Shown here: piece by piece, positions 1-10,500 of the stretch
How positions within the stretch are numbered: the stretch's first letter is position 1
Layout of the letters: every line of letters begins with the position of its first letter
From: a virus
Lineage: Duplodnaviria > Caudoviricetes
Direction: 5' to 3' (one strand)
DNA: 35,467 nucleotides
IMG/VR virus record: IMGVR_UViG_3300005077_000060
Coordinates: 1 to 35,467 of that record
The notes under the pieces: generated by a model
The model's database searches: none
Seen by the model: the letters and a program-made list of their open reading frames with translations, nothing else
What the model was told of the DNA's origin: nothing
Translations under genes and position numbers: made by a program

Positions 1-50
1 TTATTAATATTTATTAATATTAATATTTATTAATATATATTTATTAATAA
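1..50. repeat. Pure A/T low-complexity imperfect tandem repeat (TTATTAATAT-like units)
   Basis: The first 50 nt contain only A/T, with repeated TTATTAATA units, upstream of gp46; cut by the window edge. Confidence 0.6.
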
Positions 51-103
51 CAAGGTAAGGGATTAATATGCAATTTAATGGTCTGAAATAAAAAAGGAGA
101 AGT

Positions 104-1864
104 ATGCACATTCATTTTGAAGAATTATCGTTTAAAAACATTTTATCATATGGTGCATCTATCACAACAATTAAATTTGAAAATGGACTTAATCTTATTG
201 TTGGAAAAAATGGTAGTGGAAAATCTACATTTCTTGATGCACTATCTTTTTGTCTGTATGGTAAACCATATCGTAGAGTTCGTATTGAAGAACTTATCAA
301 TCGTAAAAATAAGAAAAATTTATGGGCAAAAGTTAGTTTTAAAGTAAATGAAAATAGATATGAAATTGAGCGTGGTCGATCACCAAATATTCTTAAAATA
401 CTTAAAAATGGTGAAGAAATGGATGAATTATCCACAAAAGCCCTAACACAAGAAGAGCTTGACCGCATTATTGGTATAGATTATACAATGTTTAAACAAA
501 TAATATCTCTTGCAGTAAATTATAATAAACCTTTTCTTTCACTAAATACAGGAGAAAAAAGAAGTATTGTAGAATCAATTTTCAGCATTAAAGTATTTAG
601 TGAAATGATGAAGATAGCTAAAGGAAAAATAACAGGTATTCGTATACAATGTGACATTGATAAAAAATCACTTGCTGTTATGGAACAAAACATTCGACAT
701 TTACGAAAGCAAATTAGAGAATTGCAAATTGCTATTAAAGATTTTCAAAAAAATTGTGACGATGATTTTTATCGTTTAGATTCTCAACATAAAATACACG
801 AACGAGAAATTATGTTGATTAACAAACGTATCAATCGATTTGAAATTAAGTTAAAAAAAATAGTTATTGATGATGTAAATATTTTCCGTGAAGAGCTTGA
901 AAAATTAGATAATGAAATTGGTGTAGTGAACTATAAATTTGAACAACTAAAAAAAGAAAAAGACCTCATTGACAAGAACTCAATATGTCCTTTTTGTCAT
1001 CAAGAAATTAATTCAGAACACAAAATATTAGAAGAGGAACGAATTGCATCAGAACAAAAAAATATAATAGAAAAACAAGAAGTGCTTAATAATAATAAAA
1101 CAAAAATATTAAAACATATTTCAAAAATTGAAGAAAATAAATTATCTGTCACAAAAATTCAACAAGAAATTAAAACTAATAAGCAAAAATTTGATTGGTT
1201 GAATAAAAATATTGTAAATATAGACGAACAAATTAAAGCTGTAAAAGAACGCAAAATTGATTTTAATATAGAACAAGCAAAGTCTGATCTCGAAGATAAA
1301 GCTAACACATATACATTACTTTATGATCAATATATAGAAAAAAATCATGAACTGCTTGTACTTGAGAATATCACTACTATTTTATCAGATAATGGTATAA
1401 AATCATTCTTTTTTCGTAAGTATCTTCCTTTACTAAATAAAAAAATTAATGAATATCTTCGACGTTTTGAATTATCAATTCATGTGGAATTTAATACAGT
1501 AATGGATGAAAAGATATGGAATCAAGAAAGTATACGTAAAGAAGTTTCATATCATACATTTTCCGAGGGTGAAAAGAAACGAATTGATATGTCTATCTTG
1601 CTTGCTTTTATTGATATTGCAAAAACAATTTGCAATTGGAATACCAATTTATTAATGTTTGATGAGTTATTAGATAGTGCTGTTGACGATGATGGTCTGG
1701 AACAAATAATTAGTTGTCTTCAAAATATTATCAAAAGTAAACAAGATAAAACTATTTATGTGGTCTCCCATCGTATGCGAGAATCAGACCATTTTGATCA
1801 TATTTTAATGATAACAAAAAAACAAGGTTTTTCAACAATTACAAATGATTCTGAATCCAGTTGA
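104..1864 (+). CDS. gp46: T4 gp46-like recombination endonuclease ATPase subunit (SbcC/Rad50)
   Basis: Walker A GKNGSGKST, coiled coil with CPFC zinc hook, signature FSEGEKKRID, Walker B LLMFDE, VVSH; AGGAG RBS. Confidence 0.95.
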   Translation: MHIHFEELSFKNILSYGASITTIKFENGLNLIVGKNGSGKSTFLDALSFCLYGKPYRRVRIEELINRKNKKNLWAKVSFKVNENRYEIERGRSPNILKILKNGEEMDELSTKALTQEELDRIIGIDYTMFKQIISLAVNYNKPFLSLNTGEKRSIVESIFSIKVFSEMMKIAKGKITGIRIQCDIDKKSLAVMEQNIRHLRKQIRELQIAIKDFQKNCDDDFYRLDSQHKIHEREIMLINKRINRFEIKLKKIVIDDVNIFREELEKLDNEIGVVNYKFEQLKKEKDLIDKNSICPFCHQEINSEHKILEEERIASEQKNIIEKQEVLNNNKTKILKHISKIEENKLSVTKIQQEIKTNKQKFDWLNKNIVNIDEQIKAVKERKIDFNIEQAKSDLEDKANTYTLLYDQYIEKNHELLVLENITTILSDNGIKSFFFRKYLPLLNKKINEYLRRFELSIHVEFNTVMDEKIWNQESIRKEVSYHTFSEGEKKRIDMSILLAFIDIAKTICNWNTNLLMFDELLDSAVDDDGLEQIISCLQNIIKSKQDKTIYVVSHRMRESDHFDHILMITKKQGFSTITNDSESS

Positions 1865-1911
1865 TTCTTATACTCATTAAAAATTAATTTATAAGTTAAA
1901 GGAGAAAACAT

Positions 1912-2286
1912 ATGGCAACAAACTATTGTAATAAAACAGAAATGTTATCTGAACTAAAAGATTGGCAACAAACAAAATCTCGAATAGCGTACGAAAGATT
2001 GGGTAAAAAATTTTTGCTTATAGCAACAAATTATTTAAATAATATAAATTTTATCAGATATTCACAAGATCGTAAAGATGAAATGGTATCTGATGCTGTT
2101 ATAATAATGTTAAAATATATCAATGATTTTGATACTACAAAGACAAACCCATTTGCATATTTTACAAAAATAACATATCATTCATTTTTACAGACAATTA
2201 AACGATCAAAAAGACGATCTAAAATGTTTGTTCCACTTGATATTGCAGAACAATCATGTGATTTTACACTATTAGAGATTAAATAA
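1912..2286 (+). CDS. gp55: T4 gp55-like late-transcription sigma factor
   Basis: NFIRYS..KDEMVSDA...KYINDFD..KTNPFAYFT.I motif; lies beside gp46/gp47. Confidence 0.88.
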   Translation: MATNYCNKTEMLSELKDWQQTKSRIAYERLGKKFLLIATNYLNNINFIRYSQDRKDEMVSDAVIIMLKYINDFDTTKTNPFAYFTKITYHSFLQTIKRSKRRSKMFVPLDIAEQSCDFTLLEIK

Positions 2287-2290
2287 TTTT

Positions 2291-3343
2291 ATGAAAATTG
2301 CACTTGTTGCTGACCCACACTTTGGTATAAAAAAAGGAACTGATTTATTTTTAGAAAATCAAATTCGTTATTTTTGTAATGAATTTGTTCCTTATTTAAT
2401 AAAAAATAAAATCACACATATTATATTTTTAGGTGATATGTTTGATAATAGACATTTTATAAACGTAAAAGTAAAAGATGCTGTGTATAAATTGTTTGAA
2501 GAACAATTATGTCAATTTGAAATATATATTTTGTTAGGAAATCATGATACATATTATCGTTCTACAAATACTATTCATTCATTGCAATTTTTTAAAAAAT
2601 TTTCGAATATAACAGTAGTGGATGATGTTGAAAAATTTGAAATTAACAATCGTCAAATATTAATGGTTTCGTGGCAACCAGATATGAATGCGTTTGTAAA
2701 ACGTGTTGCAGAAAAAAATATTCAAAGATTAGATATATGTCTTGGTCATTTTGATATTTCTGGTTTTAAATTAAATAAAAAGAAAGTAAGTGAAGATGGA
2801 CTTGATAGTGGTTTATTTTTTAATAACTATACATTAACATTTTCAGGTCATTTTCACACACGAAGTAAATCCAAATATGGTGAATATGAAATTATTTATA
2901 TTGGAGCACCATATCATCTTACAAGACAAGATATGGGTGAAAAACGTGGATTTTGTGTGCTTGATTTAGATACATTACATTATCGTTTTGTAAATAGTCA
3001 AAATACAATTAAATATACACAAATAGAATTTCCTAAACCATTTACTTCAAAAATGATTGAAGGAAATATAATTGATGTACAAGTTAATTATGATGGTCAA
3101 CTTAATGAACAACAGCTTGAAACTTATATTGAACGAATAGAAATGTATAAACCAGCTTTACCACCAAATGTAATAATGGTAAATAAGTTGCTTGATTTAC
3201 AAGAAGAAAATTCAACAGTTAAAATGAAATCAATTCGTGGTCTTATGCGTGAATATGTCAATGGTTTAAATCTTACAAATAAAGTTGAGATAATAAAATT
3301 AATGGATGAACTTTACAATGAAGCAAAAAATAGTGATATTTAG
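2291..3343 (+). CDS. gp47: T4 gp47-like recombination nuclease (SbcD/Mre11 metallophosphoesterase)
   Basis: DPHFG, GDMFD, GNHD, GHF and SGHFH motifs. Confidence 0.95.
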   Translation: MKIALVADPHFGIKKGTDLFLENQIRYFCNEFVPYLIKNKITHIIFLGDMFDNRHFINVKVKDAVYKLFEEQLCQFEIYILLGNHDTYYRSTNTIHSLQFFKKFSNITVVDDVEKFEINNRQILMVSWQPDMNAFVKRVAEKNIQRLDICLGHFDISGFKLNKKKVSEDGLDSGLFFNNYTLTFSGHFHTRSKSKYGEYEIIYIGAPYHLTRQDMGEKRGFCVLDLDTLHYRFVNSQNTIKYTQIEFPKPFTSKMIEGNIIDVQVNYDGQLNEQQLETYIERIEMYKPALPPNVIMVNKLLDLQEENSTVKMKSIRGLMREYVNGLNLTNKVEIIKLMDELYNEAKNSDI

Positions 3344-3349
3344 GAGGTA

Positions 3350-4567
3350 TTGATGACTGATGTAAAAATCAATATGTTGCCAACTGCTGATTTAGATTTC
3401 TTTCTTCAACAGTTGAATAATGTTAATAAAAATATGCAAATGGAATTTCAACAAGATAAACGTATCACACAAATAAAAAAGAATATTATTATTTCTTATG
3501 TTAGTGATGCTTCTGGTTGTGGTCATATTAGAAATATTTTTCCTATGACGTATATCAATGCATGTTTTGGAAAAAGCGGTGAACTTGTACCGCTTATTGC
3601 TCCATTTTATCTTTTTCAACATGATATTCTTATACGAACTCGTGTATTGTGGTTTCAACGACAAATGAATGTTGAAAATATTGAAAAGGTTGCTCAATAC
3701 AAAGAAATGCAGAAAAAATATCGTTATAAGATGTTGTGGGAAATTGATGATTTTATTTGGAAAGGTGATGATAAAGGTGAATGTATTCCTGAGTATAATT
3801 TTGCTTCTATTAAGTTGCCAGAAGAAATTCGAACAGCATCGATAAAAATTGCTAATATGATGGATACAGTGGTTGTTAGTACAAATTTCTTGAAAGAATA
3901 CATGTCTACACACGGAATAAATGTACCAATTGTTGTTATTCCTAATGCTGTTATGAAAGCATTCTGGGGCGGTCTACCAAAACGCCGTCCAATTAATGAG
4001 CGGTTGAAAAAACCTCGTGTGATATGTACTGATTCACCTACTCATTACTGTAATCAACGCAAGTTGCTTGGTGACTGGGATAATGCTTGGAGAGAGTGGG
4101 TTATTAAGAATGTAATGGACAATAAAATTGAGTTTCTTATTATGGGTGGTGTTCCTTTCTTCTTTGAAGGTATAAAAAATAAAGTTAATTTTCATCATGT
4201 TGATTGGGTTAATAGCTATCAATTTCACGTACCTTTTCAACGTTTTCGTCCAGATATTGGACTCGCGCCATTGGTACCAAACTACTTTAACTATTCTAAG
4301 TCTGATTTGAAGTTTGTTGAGTATAGTGCGGCAGGTTGCATTGCAACCGGTTCAGTATTTACTAATGGTAAACCATCACCATATGATAATAATATTGTCA
4401 AATTTCCTGATAATATCACTGTTGAGCAACTCGATGAAGAAATGAACAAGTTATATGAACCTGACGAATTCAATCGTGTTATTAAAGCACAATATGATTG
4501 GCTTCAGAATGCAGGTCGTTGGCTGGAGGATCCTAAATATTTAAATAATTTTTTAGAATTATTTTAG
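3350..4567 (+). CDS. GT-B fold glycosyltransferase
   Basis: DASGCGHIR.. N-terminal motif, EIDD, DIGLAPL..NYFNYSKSDLKFVEY C-terminal motif typical of phage GT4-like enzymes. Confidence 0.8.
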   Translation: MMTDVKINMLPTADLDFFLQQLNNVNKNMQMEFQQDKRITQIKKNIIISYVSDASGCGHIRNIFPMTYINACFGKSGELVPLIAPFYLFQHDILIRTRVLWFQRQMNVENIEKVAQYKEMQKKYRYKMLWEIDDFIWKGDDKGECIPEYNFASIKLPEEIRTASIKIANMMDTVVVSTNFLKEYMSTHGINVPIVVIPNAVMKAFWGGLPKRRPINERLKKPRVICTDSPTHYCNQRKLLGDWDNAWREWVIKNVMDNKIEFLIMGGVPFFFEGIKNKVNFHHVDWVNSYQFHVPFQRFRPDIGLAPLVPNYFNYSKSDLKFVEYSAAGCIATGSVFTNGKPSPYDNNIVKFPDNITVEQLDEEMNKLYEPDEFNRVIKAQYDWLQNAGRWLEDPKYLNNFLELF

Positions 4568-4721
4568 GGCCGAATTCCTCTAACCACCGTACATACTTCA
4601 AAAGGTGATATTGTGAGCAGAGTACACCTAATTTGCAATTGAAAGGCAAATATGATAAGGGATGAAGAACCTTTTTGGTTGCAAGACCAAATTCCATGTC
4701 TTTTAGAAAGAGAAATATTAC

Positions 4722-5825
4722 ATGATAGGTATAATTGATATTGATAAATGTGGTAATAATCATACAACTCACCCAAATTTAGTTTGTATGAAATTAAGCT
4801 CATTTCATAAACAACGAGGTGAAGATGTGAGGTTAATTTCTACTTATGAAGAAGCTGTTCATTGTACTCAAATATTTGCATCTAAAGTATTCACATTTTC
4901 ACAAGAACCAAAGTGGTTAAAAAATCTAAAAAACGTTACGAGAGGTGGTACTGGTTATTACTATGATAAATCTCCACGGCTTCCAGATGAGATTGAACAC
5001 CTAATGCCTGACTATCATCTTTATAATGATTATGTGAAAGAACATGTTGAGAAGAAAGGTAAGAAGGCACATCCAGAAAATTACCAAGATTTTTCTATTG
5101 GTTTTCTTACCCGTGGTTGTTTTCGTAAATGTGATTTCTGTGTTAATAAAAATTATGACAAAGCTGTCCTACATTCTCCTCTTGAAGAATTTCATGACGA
5201 ATCTCGTCCGTACCTTCGCTTCTGGTGTGATAACTTTTTAGCAGTGAATCGTAAAGATTTTTTGCGGATTATCAATGATATACGTAAAGTGAATAAACCA
5301 GCTGTGTGGCAACAAGGTTTAGATATTCGTTTAATGACTGAGGAAAAGGCTGATATAATGTCAAGTTTAAAGTGGTATAAAAAGAATTGGTTATTTGCTC
5401 TTGACCATGTTGAAGATATTCCACAAGTTGAACAAGGTTTTTCTAATTGGATTAAATATGTAAAACAAAACACACGTGTCCGATCGATGTTTGGAAAGGT
5501 GTATGTATTGGTTGGTTTTGAAGGTTTGGGTATTGAAGATGTTGAATCAATGTTCAAACGTATTAAATTTCTCTCTGAGCATGCTCTAATTAGTATGCCG
5601 ATGTTTTTTAATGGCACTAATTATATCAATAAATCAGAATTTCATTGGTTGTATAAATTAGTAAAAAATTGGACCAACCCTATTTGTTTTAGCAAACAAA
5701 GTTTACTACAATATGCTACTAAATACAGACCAAAATTAATAGCACAAATAGATGATTTATTGCTACAATTTCCACACCTATCACAGTATTTCCACATGAG
5801 ATACTGTGATCTGAAAATGGTGTAA
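4722..5825 (+). CDS. Radical SAM protein (phage family with N-terminal DID...PNL..MKLS motif)
   Basis: TRGCFRKCDFC (CxxxCxxC), DNFL, QGLDIRL, YVLVGF. Confidence 0.85.
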   Translation: MIGIIDIDKCGNNHTTHPNLVCMKLSSFHKQRGEDVRLISTYEEAVHCTQIFASKVFTFSQEPKWLKNLKNVTRGGTGYYYDKSPRLPDEIEHLMPDYHLYNDYVKEHVEKKGKKAHPENYQDFSIGFLTRGCFRKCDFCVNKNYDKAVLHSPLEEFHDESRPYLRFWCDNFLAVNRKDFLRIINDIRKVNKPAVWQQGLDIRLMTEEKADIMSSLKWYKKNWLFALDHVEDIPQVEQGFSNWIKYVKQNTRVRSMFGKVYVLVGFEGLGIEDVESMFKRIKFLSEHALISMPMFFNGTNYINKSEFHWLYKLVKNWTNPICFSKQSLLQYATKYRPKLIAQIDDLLLQFPHLSQYFHMRYCDLKMV

Positions 5826-6071
5826 GTATTAACCATCTCTCATTCTTATAATATTTGTATAGAATATGATGGTCATCAACATTTCGAACCTATTGAAGTA
5901 TGGGGAGGAAAAGAAGCCTTTGAATTGGGTCAGAAGCGTGATGAAGTGAAAAATCAATATTGCAAAGAAAATGAAATTAGGTTAATATGTATTTCATATC
6001 GTCAATTTAACAACATTAAGTTGTTGCTTGATGATTTGATTTTGAAAGGAGTAGATAATGAAGTTGAATAG
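5826..6071 (+). pseudogene. Start-less 3' remnant of a PD-(D/E)xK (DUF559/Vsr-like) homing endonuclease
   Basis: Manual translation VLTISHSYNICIEYDGHQHFEPIEVWGGKEAFELGQKRDEVKNQYCKENEIRLICISYRQFNNIKLLL... matches the C-terminus of 27552-28493; it directly follows the TAA of the radical SAM ORF in the same frame. Confidence 0.85.
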
Positions 6072-6966
6072 TAAAAGCCGCATTTTATCGGTGTCGCACT
6101 GGGATATGGATGGTTCAACCTGCCAAATTGTTCTTGGCAATTATTTCGAGAACATTGAATATCACAGTGCAACCTTCACCAACATTGATCACATGATGAA
6201 AATTATGGCTCCAAACTTTCACAAGTATGATGCTGTTATTCTCACTGATGTGTATCCAAAAGATTCAGCTTTGTTGGACCATCCAAACATTATACTACTC
6301 GATCACCACGAAACAGACAAACATCATGATGCAACAAAAAATAGATATGTTATTCAAGATAATTGTGCCGCTGTGCTCACACAGAATTGGGTTGAGACAA
6401 AATTTAATGTAAATTTTAGCCATCTTTATGAACTTACACGTCTTGTTAATGACTACGATCTTTGGATTCATCAAGATCCAAAAAGTCGTGAAATGAATGA
6501 CATATTTGATTTATATCGTGAAACAAAATTTCACAAACGTTTTTTTAATGGTGATGTTGAATTTACAGAAAAAGAAAAAAATCATATTAAAATGAGAAAA
6601 GAATTATTCGAAAAAAAATGGAACGAACTTGATGTCTTTGAATTTGAAAAAATTAATGCATGTTTAGTACAAATAGATGATTTTCCAAATGAAATTTGTG
6701 AACGACTTTATACACAAGAGGGTTATGATATTGTATTTGCTAAAAACATTAAAAATGATAATATTAGTGTTCGTACTGGTCGTGATGATATTCATCTCGG
6801 TGAGTTGTTCACAGATCTTGAGATAGGTGGTGGACATGCAAAATCGAGTGGCATAAGAGGCCACAACAACATAGATTCCCTTAAATTAGTACTTGAAATG
6901 GTGGAAAAAGAACTTTATAGACTCTATCCTCAAATAAGAAAACGTAAAAAAGCGGTTAAAAGATAA
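6058..6966 (+). CDS. DHH/DHHA1 family phosphoesterase
   Basis: SHWDMDG, LTD, LLDHH and GGGH motifs. Confidence 0.9.
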   Translation: MKLNSKSRILSVSHWDMDGSTCQIVLGNYFENIEYHSATFTNIDHMMKIMAPNFHKYDAVILTDVYPKDSALLDHPNIILLDHHETDKHHDATKNRYVIQDNCAAVLTQNWVETKFNVNFSHLYELTRLVNDYDLWIHQDPKSREMNDIFDLYRETKFHKRFFNGDVEFTEKEKNHIKMRKELFEKKWNELDVFEFEKINACLVQIDDFPNEICERLYTQEGYDIVFAKNIKNDNISVRTGRDDIHLGELFTDLEIGGGHAKSSGIRGHNNIDSLKLVLEMVEKELYRLYPQIRKRKKAVKR

Positions 6967-7048
6967 CTTGCAAATGACCACCAGCAAGGAGTACTTATGG
7001 CTATATTGAACAAATTTTAGAAACACAAATCACAAAGAAGGATAAGAA

Positions 7049-7444
7049 ATGAAAACAATACGTGCCAAATCTGTAATGAAATGTGATGTGCCAAATGCTA
7101 ATGGTGTTGTCTTTCCGACAGATGTAATGCAAAAGGCGATTGAAAAATACCAAGAAAAAATAGATGCTGATAAAGCATATGGTGAACTTCAAATATCACC
7201 TTGTGCAAAACCATCTATTAACTCGGCACAAATATCACATAAAGTTACTAAAATAGAATTGGATAAAGATGGTTCATACAACGTTGAAGCACTTGTGCTC
7301 GACACTCCACAAGGCAAAATACTTTCACAAATACTTGAAAGTGATATTAAACCACGTACAAATATGTGTAGCTGCGGTGTAGTAAAAGATGGTGTTGTTA
7401 AGAGCATGAAAATCATTTCAATTGATTTCCTACCTCCACAATAA
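7049..7444 (+). CDS. T4 gp21-like prohead protease homolog, probably catalytically altered
   Basis: NANG..FP, AYGEL, ISHKVT and LDTPQGKIL match gp21; GELxHP is GELQIS and VSSRG is MCSCG. Confidence 0.7.
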   Translation: MKTIRAKSVMKCDVPNANGVVFPTDVMQKAIEKYQEKIDADKAYGELQISPCAKPSINSAQISHKVTKIELDKDGSYNVEALVLDTPQGKILSQILESDIKPRTNMCSCGVVKDGVVKSMKIISIDFLPPQ

Positions 7445-7509
7445 GTTGAAATGTTTACTTTGAAAATATGAAATTAAATTAAATTGTATATTTTCAACAA
7501 GGGAGTTAA

Positions 7510-10500
7510 ATGTTTAATCGAATTTTTTATGATCGAAAGAAGTCACAAATACATTTATGGGAAACTATAAATGGTAAGCGACTTCATCACACTTATGAAT
7601 TTGAACACGATTACTATATTGAAGATCCGTCTGGCAATTCTGATTTTATAGATATCTTTGGTAAACATGTCGTGCCACGTAAAGCACCTTCAAAACGATA
7701 CTTGAATGCTCTTACTCAACAGGGCATTTATTGTTGTGAGGCAGATTTACCGGAAGAATTTCGTTTTCTGCATAATCGGTATGAAGGTATGACTTTGAAG
7801 GCAGATATGTCACAATTTAATGTGTGTTTTCTTGATATTGAAATTGAAATTGAATCAGAATTTCCATGGCCTGATAAAGCAAAATATCCAATTAACCTCA
7901 TCACAATGTATTTTTCACGTACAGGACATCAATATACATTAGGTAATCGTGAATATACTGGCGACAGTCCAATGGTCAAGAATTATATGTTTATTCCAGA
8001 TGAGAAACGAATGATGCAACGATTTGTTGATATTTTTCGTAAAGAGAGACCAGATTTTCATACAGGTTGGAATTCACATGTATTTGATATACCTTACATC
8101 ATCAATCGTTGTCGTAAGATTGATGTAGATTATACTAAAATGTCACCCGTTGGGCACGTTGATGCCAACAAACACGGTGAATATCTTATTGGTGCTGTTG
8201 CTGATCTTGACTATCAACAGCTATACAAGAAGTTCACTTTTGATAAGAAAGATAGTTACACACTTCAAGCCATTGGTCAGCTTGAAGTAGGTGAAGGAAA
8301 GATCGATTATGAAGGTACATTGTATGATCACTACAAAAAAGATTGGAATAATTTTGTTGAATACAATGTACAGGATGTAATGCTTGTAAAGAAGATCGAT
8401 GATGAAAAGAAGTTTCTTGAATTAGTTGTAAATGTTTGCTATGAGTCACTTATTCCATTTGATCGTATATTCTCAACAATTGCTATGCATACAGGATATG
8501 CAATGAGTTATTTGCATAACCAAAAGATGGTTATGTCGCCTCGCAATAATACTCGAGGCACCGAAGTTCCAGGTGCATTTGTGTTTGCTTTGTCTGGTTT
8601 TTTTAAGTATTTAATTTCATTTGATGTCACATCATTGTATCCATTTGAGATTATAACATATAATATTGGTCCAGAAACTCTTCGCCTATGGCCAAAGGAT
8701 ACAACGAATCTTATTCGTACACCACTTTCAGAGTCTGATGGTATTTGGTATGATGGTACGAAACAAAGTGTTCTATCTCAAATTGTCGAGGAAATCTTTA
8801 ACACACGTGTTCGATTTAAGAATAAGATGAAAATTTGTGAACAGTGGGAACATGGTGTTGGTGCTAATGAGTATGCAACAATTGCTGACCGTGTAGGTAT
8901 AAGCGTTGAAGAAGCAGACCAGTTAGCAGCTGATATTGAAAAGGAACAAGGTAATGCTAAGTTCTATAATTCACAACAGCACATACGTAAGATTATGATT
9001 AATTGTTTTCATCCCTCAACTTGTATTATAACAGTTGATGGCATAAAACAGATCTCAGATGTAAAGGTTGGTGATATAGTTTATAGTATAAACAAACAAA
9101 CAAAAATGTTAGAAAAGAAAATAGTAGAGCATATTTATGTTTATGATTTTGATGGTGAATTAGAAACTATCCATAACAATCGTTTTAAAATCATGGTTAC
9201 TCCTGAACATACAATGCTTGCAACTACAAGAACTGGTAAAGTTAAAGAAATTAAAGCAAATGATTTTTGTCAACGAAGTATAAATTGTATACCAAATCAT
9301 CTAATTGTTAATCAAAAAACAGATGAAAAAGCTTTTTGCATACTTCCATTTATTGACAAAACAAAATATCAATTTGAGATTATTCACACTGAACATTTAA
9401 GTAAACTGAGGAAATTATTACCCTCAATTCATATAGCTAAATTACCCAAAAAAAATAGGTCACTGTTACAAGAAATTGATGAAAATATAGTAAAAGAAAT
9501 TTATGAACAAGGTTATAAAGTTATATGTAAACCAAAACGTGACTACAAATGTAAATCTACAGAAGTTATGTTATCTATAGACATATTTTCTAAATTTATT
9601 GGTTTTTATTTATCAGAAGGTCATTTATATAGTTCAACTAAAAAAACGTACAATACAACTGTAAGAGGTATAACTAACAGTATTTGTATTTCACAATGTC
9701 AAAATATTAATCCTAACACTTATGCTGAAATTTACGATGTGTGTAAATATTTGTCTCATAATATTCAAACAACACCAGAACGTATAACAATCAGCAATGA
9801 TGCTATTAGTGAAATGATTGCTAAAAATTTTGGTATTAAATACGATAAACATATATTTGGTGGTAAACTTATTGAACAACTTAATAAAAACATTATTTTT
9901 GAATCAATGTACAAAGGTGATGGTGTAAAAAAATATAACTGTTATGTGATAGGATGTAAATATAAACAATTATTTGAAGACACAATGAAATTGTTAGTAG
10001 AGATTGGTAGAATTCCGCGCTTTACAATAGATAAATTTTCAACTATTAGTTCATATAGAATTAGTTGGAATGAATGTGATATTTATACACAAAAAACAAA
10101 CTATAGTCGTACTCATTATGTAGGAAAAGTTCACAATATTACAGTTGCTGACAATCATACAGTTTTAGTAGGTTCAGATGGAACATTTGGTTGGACTGGC
10201 CAAAGTTTATATGGTGCTTGTGCTAATGAATACTTCCATTTCTACAATCCACACAATGCTAAATGCATTACACAAAGTGGTAAACATCTTATTCAGTATC
10301 TATCGAATACATTCAATGATTATTTCAAGGAATATTTTTGGAAGAATAAGAAATATTTCCCAGTAGCTGATGAAAAAAATAAGCTTAAAAGAGATGTTGT
10401 TGTGTTGATCGATACAGACTCAAATTATGTATGTCTTGAAGAGGTGATTGAGAAACTTGGTCTTACATTTAAAACCAACGAAGAATTTCATGCATGGGCA

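Noticed and set aside
5823-5825. Stop-codon readthrough or genetic-code reassignment fusing the radical SAM protein to the nuclease remnant
   Set aside because: The stop is TAA, and TAA, TAG and TGA all terminate conserved genes at expected positions. There is no sign of recoding in the window.
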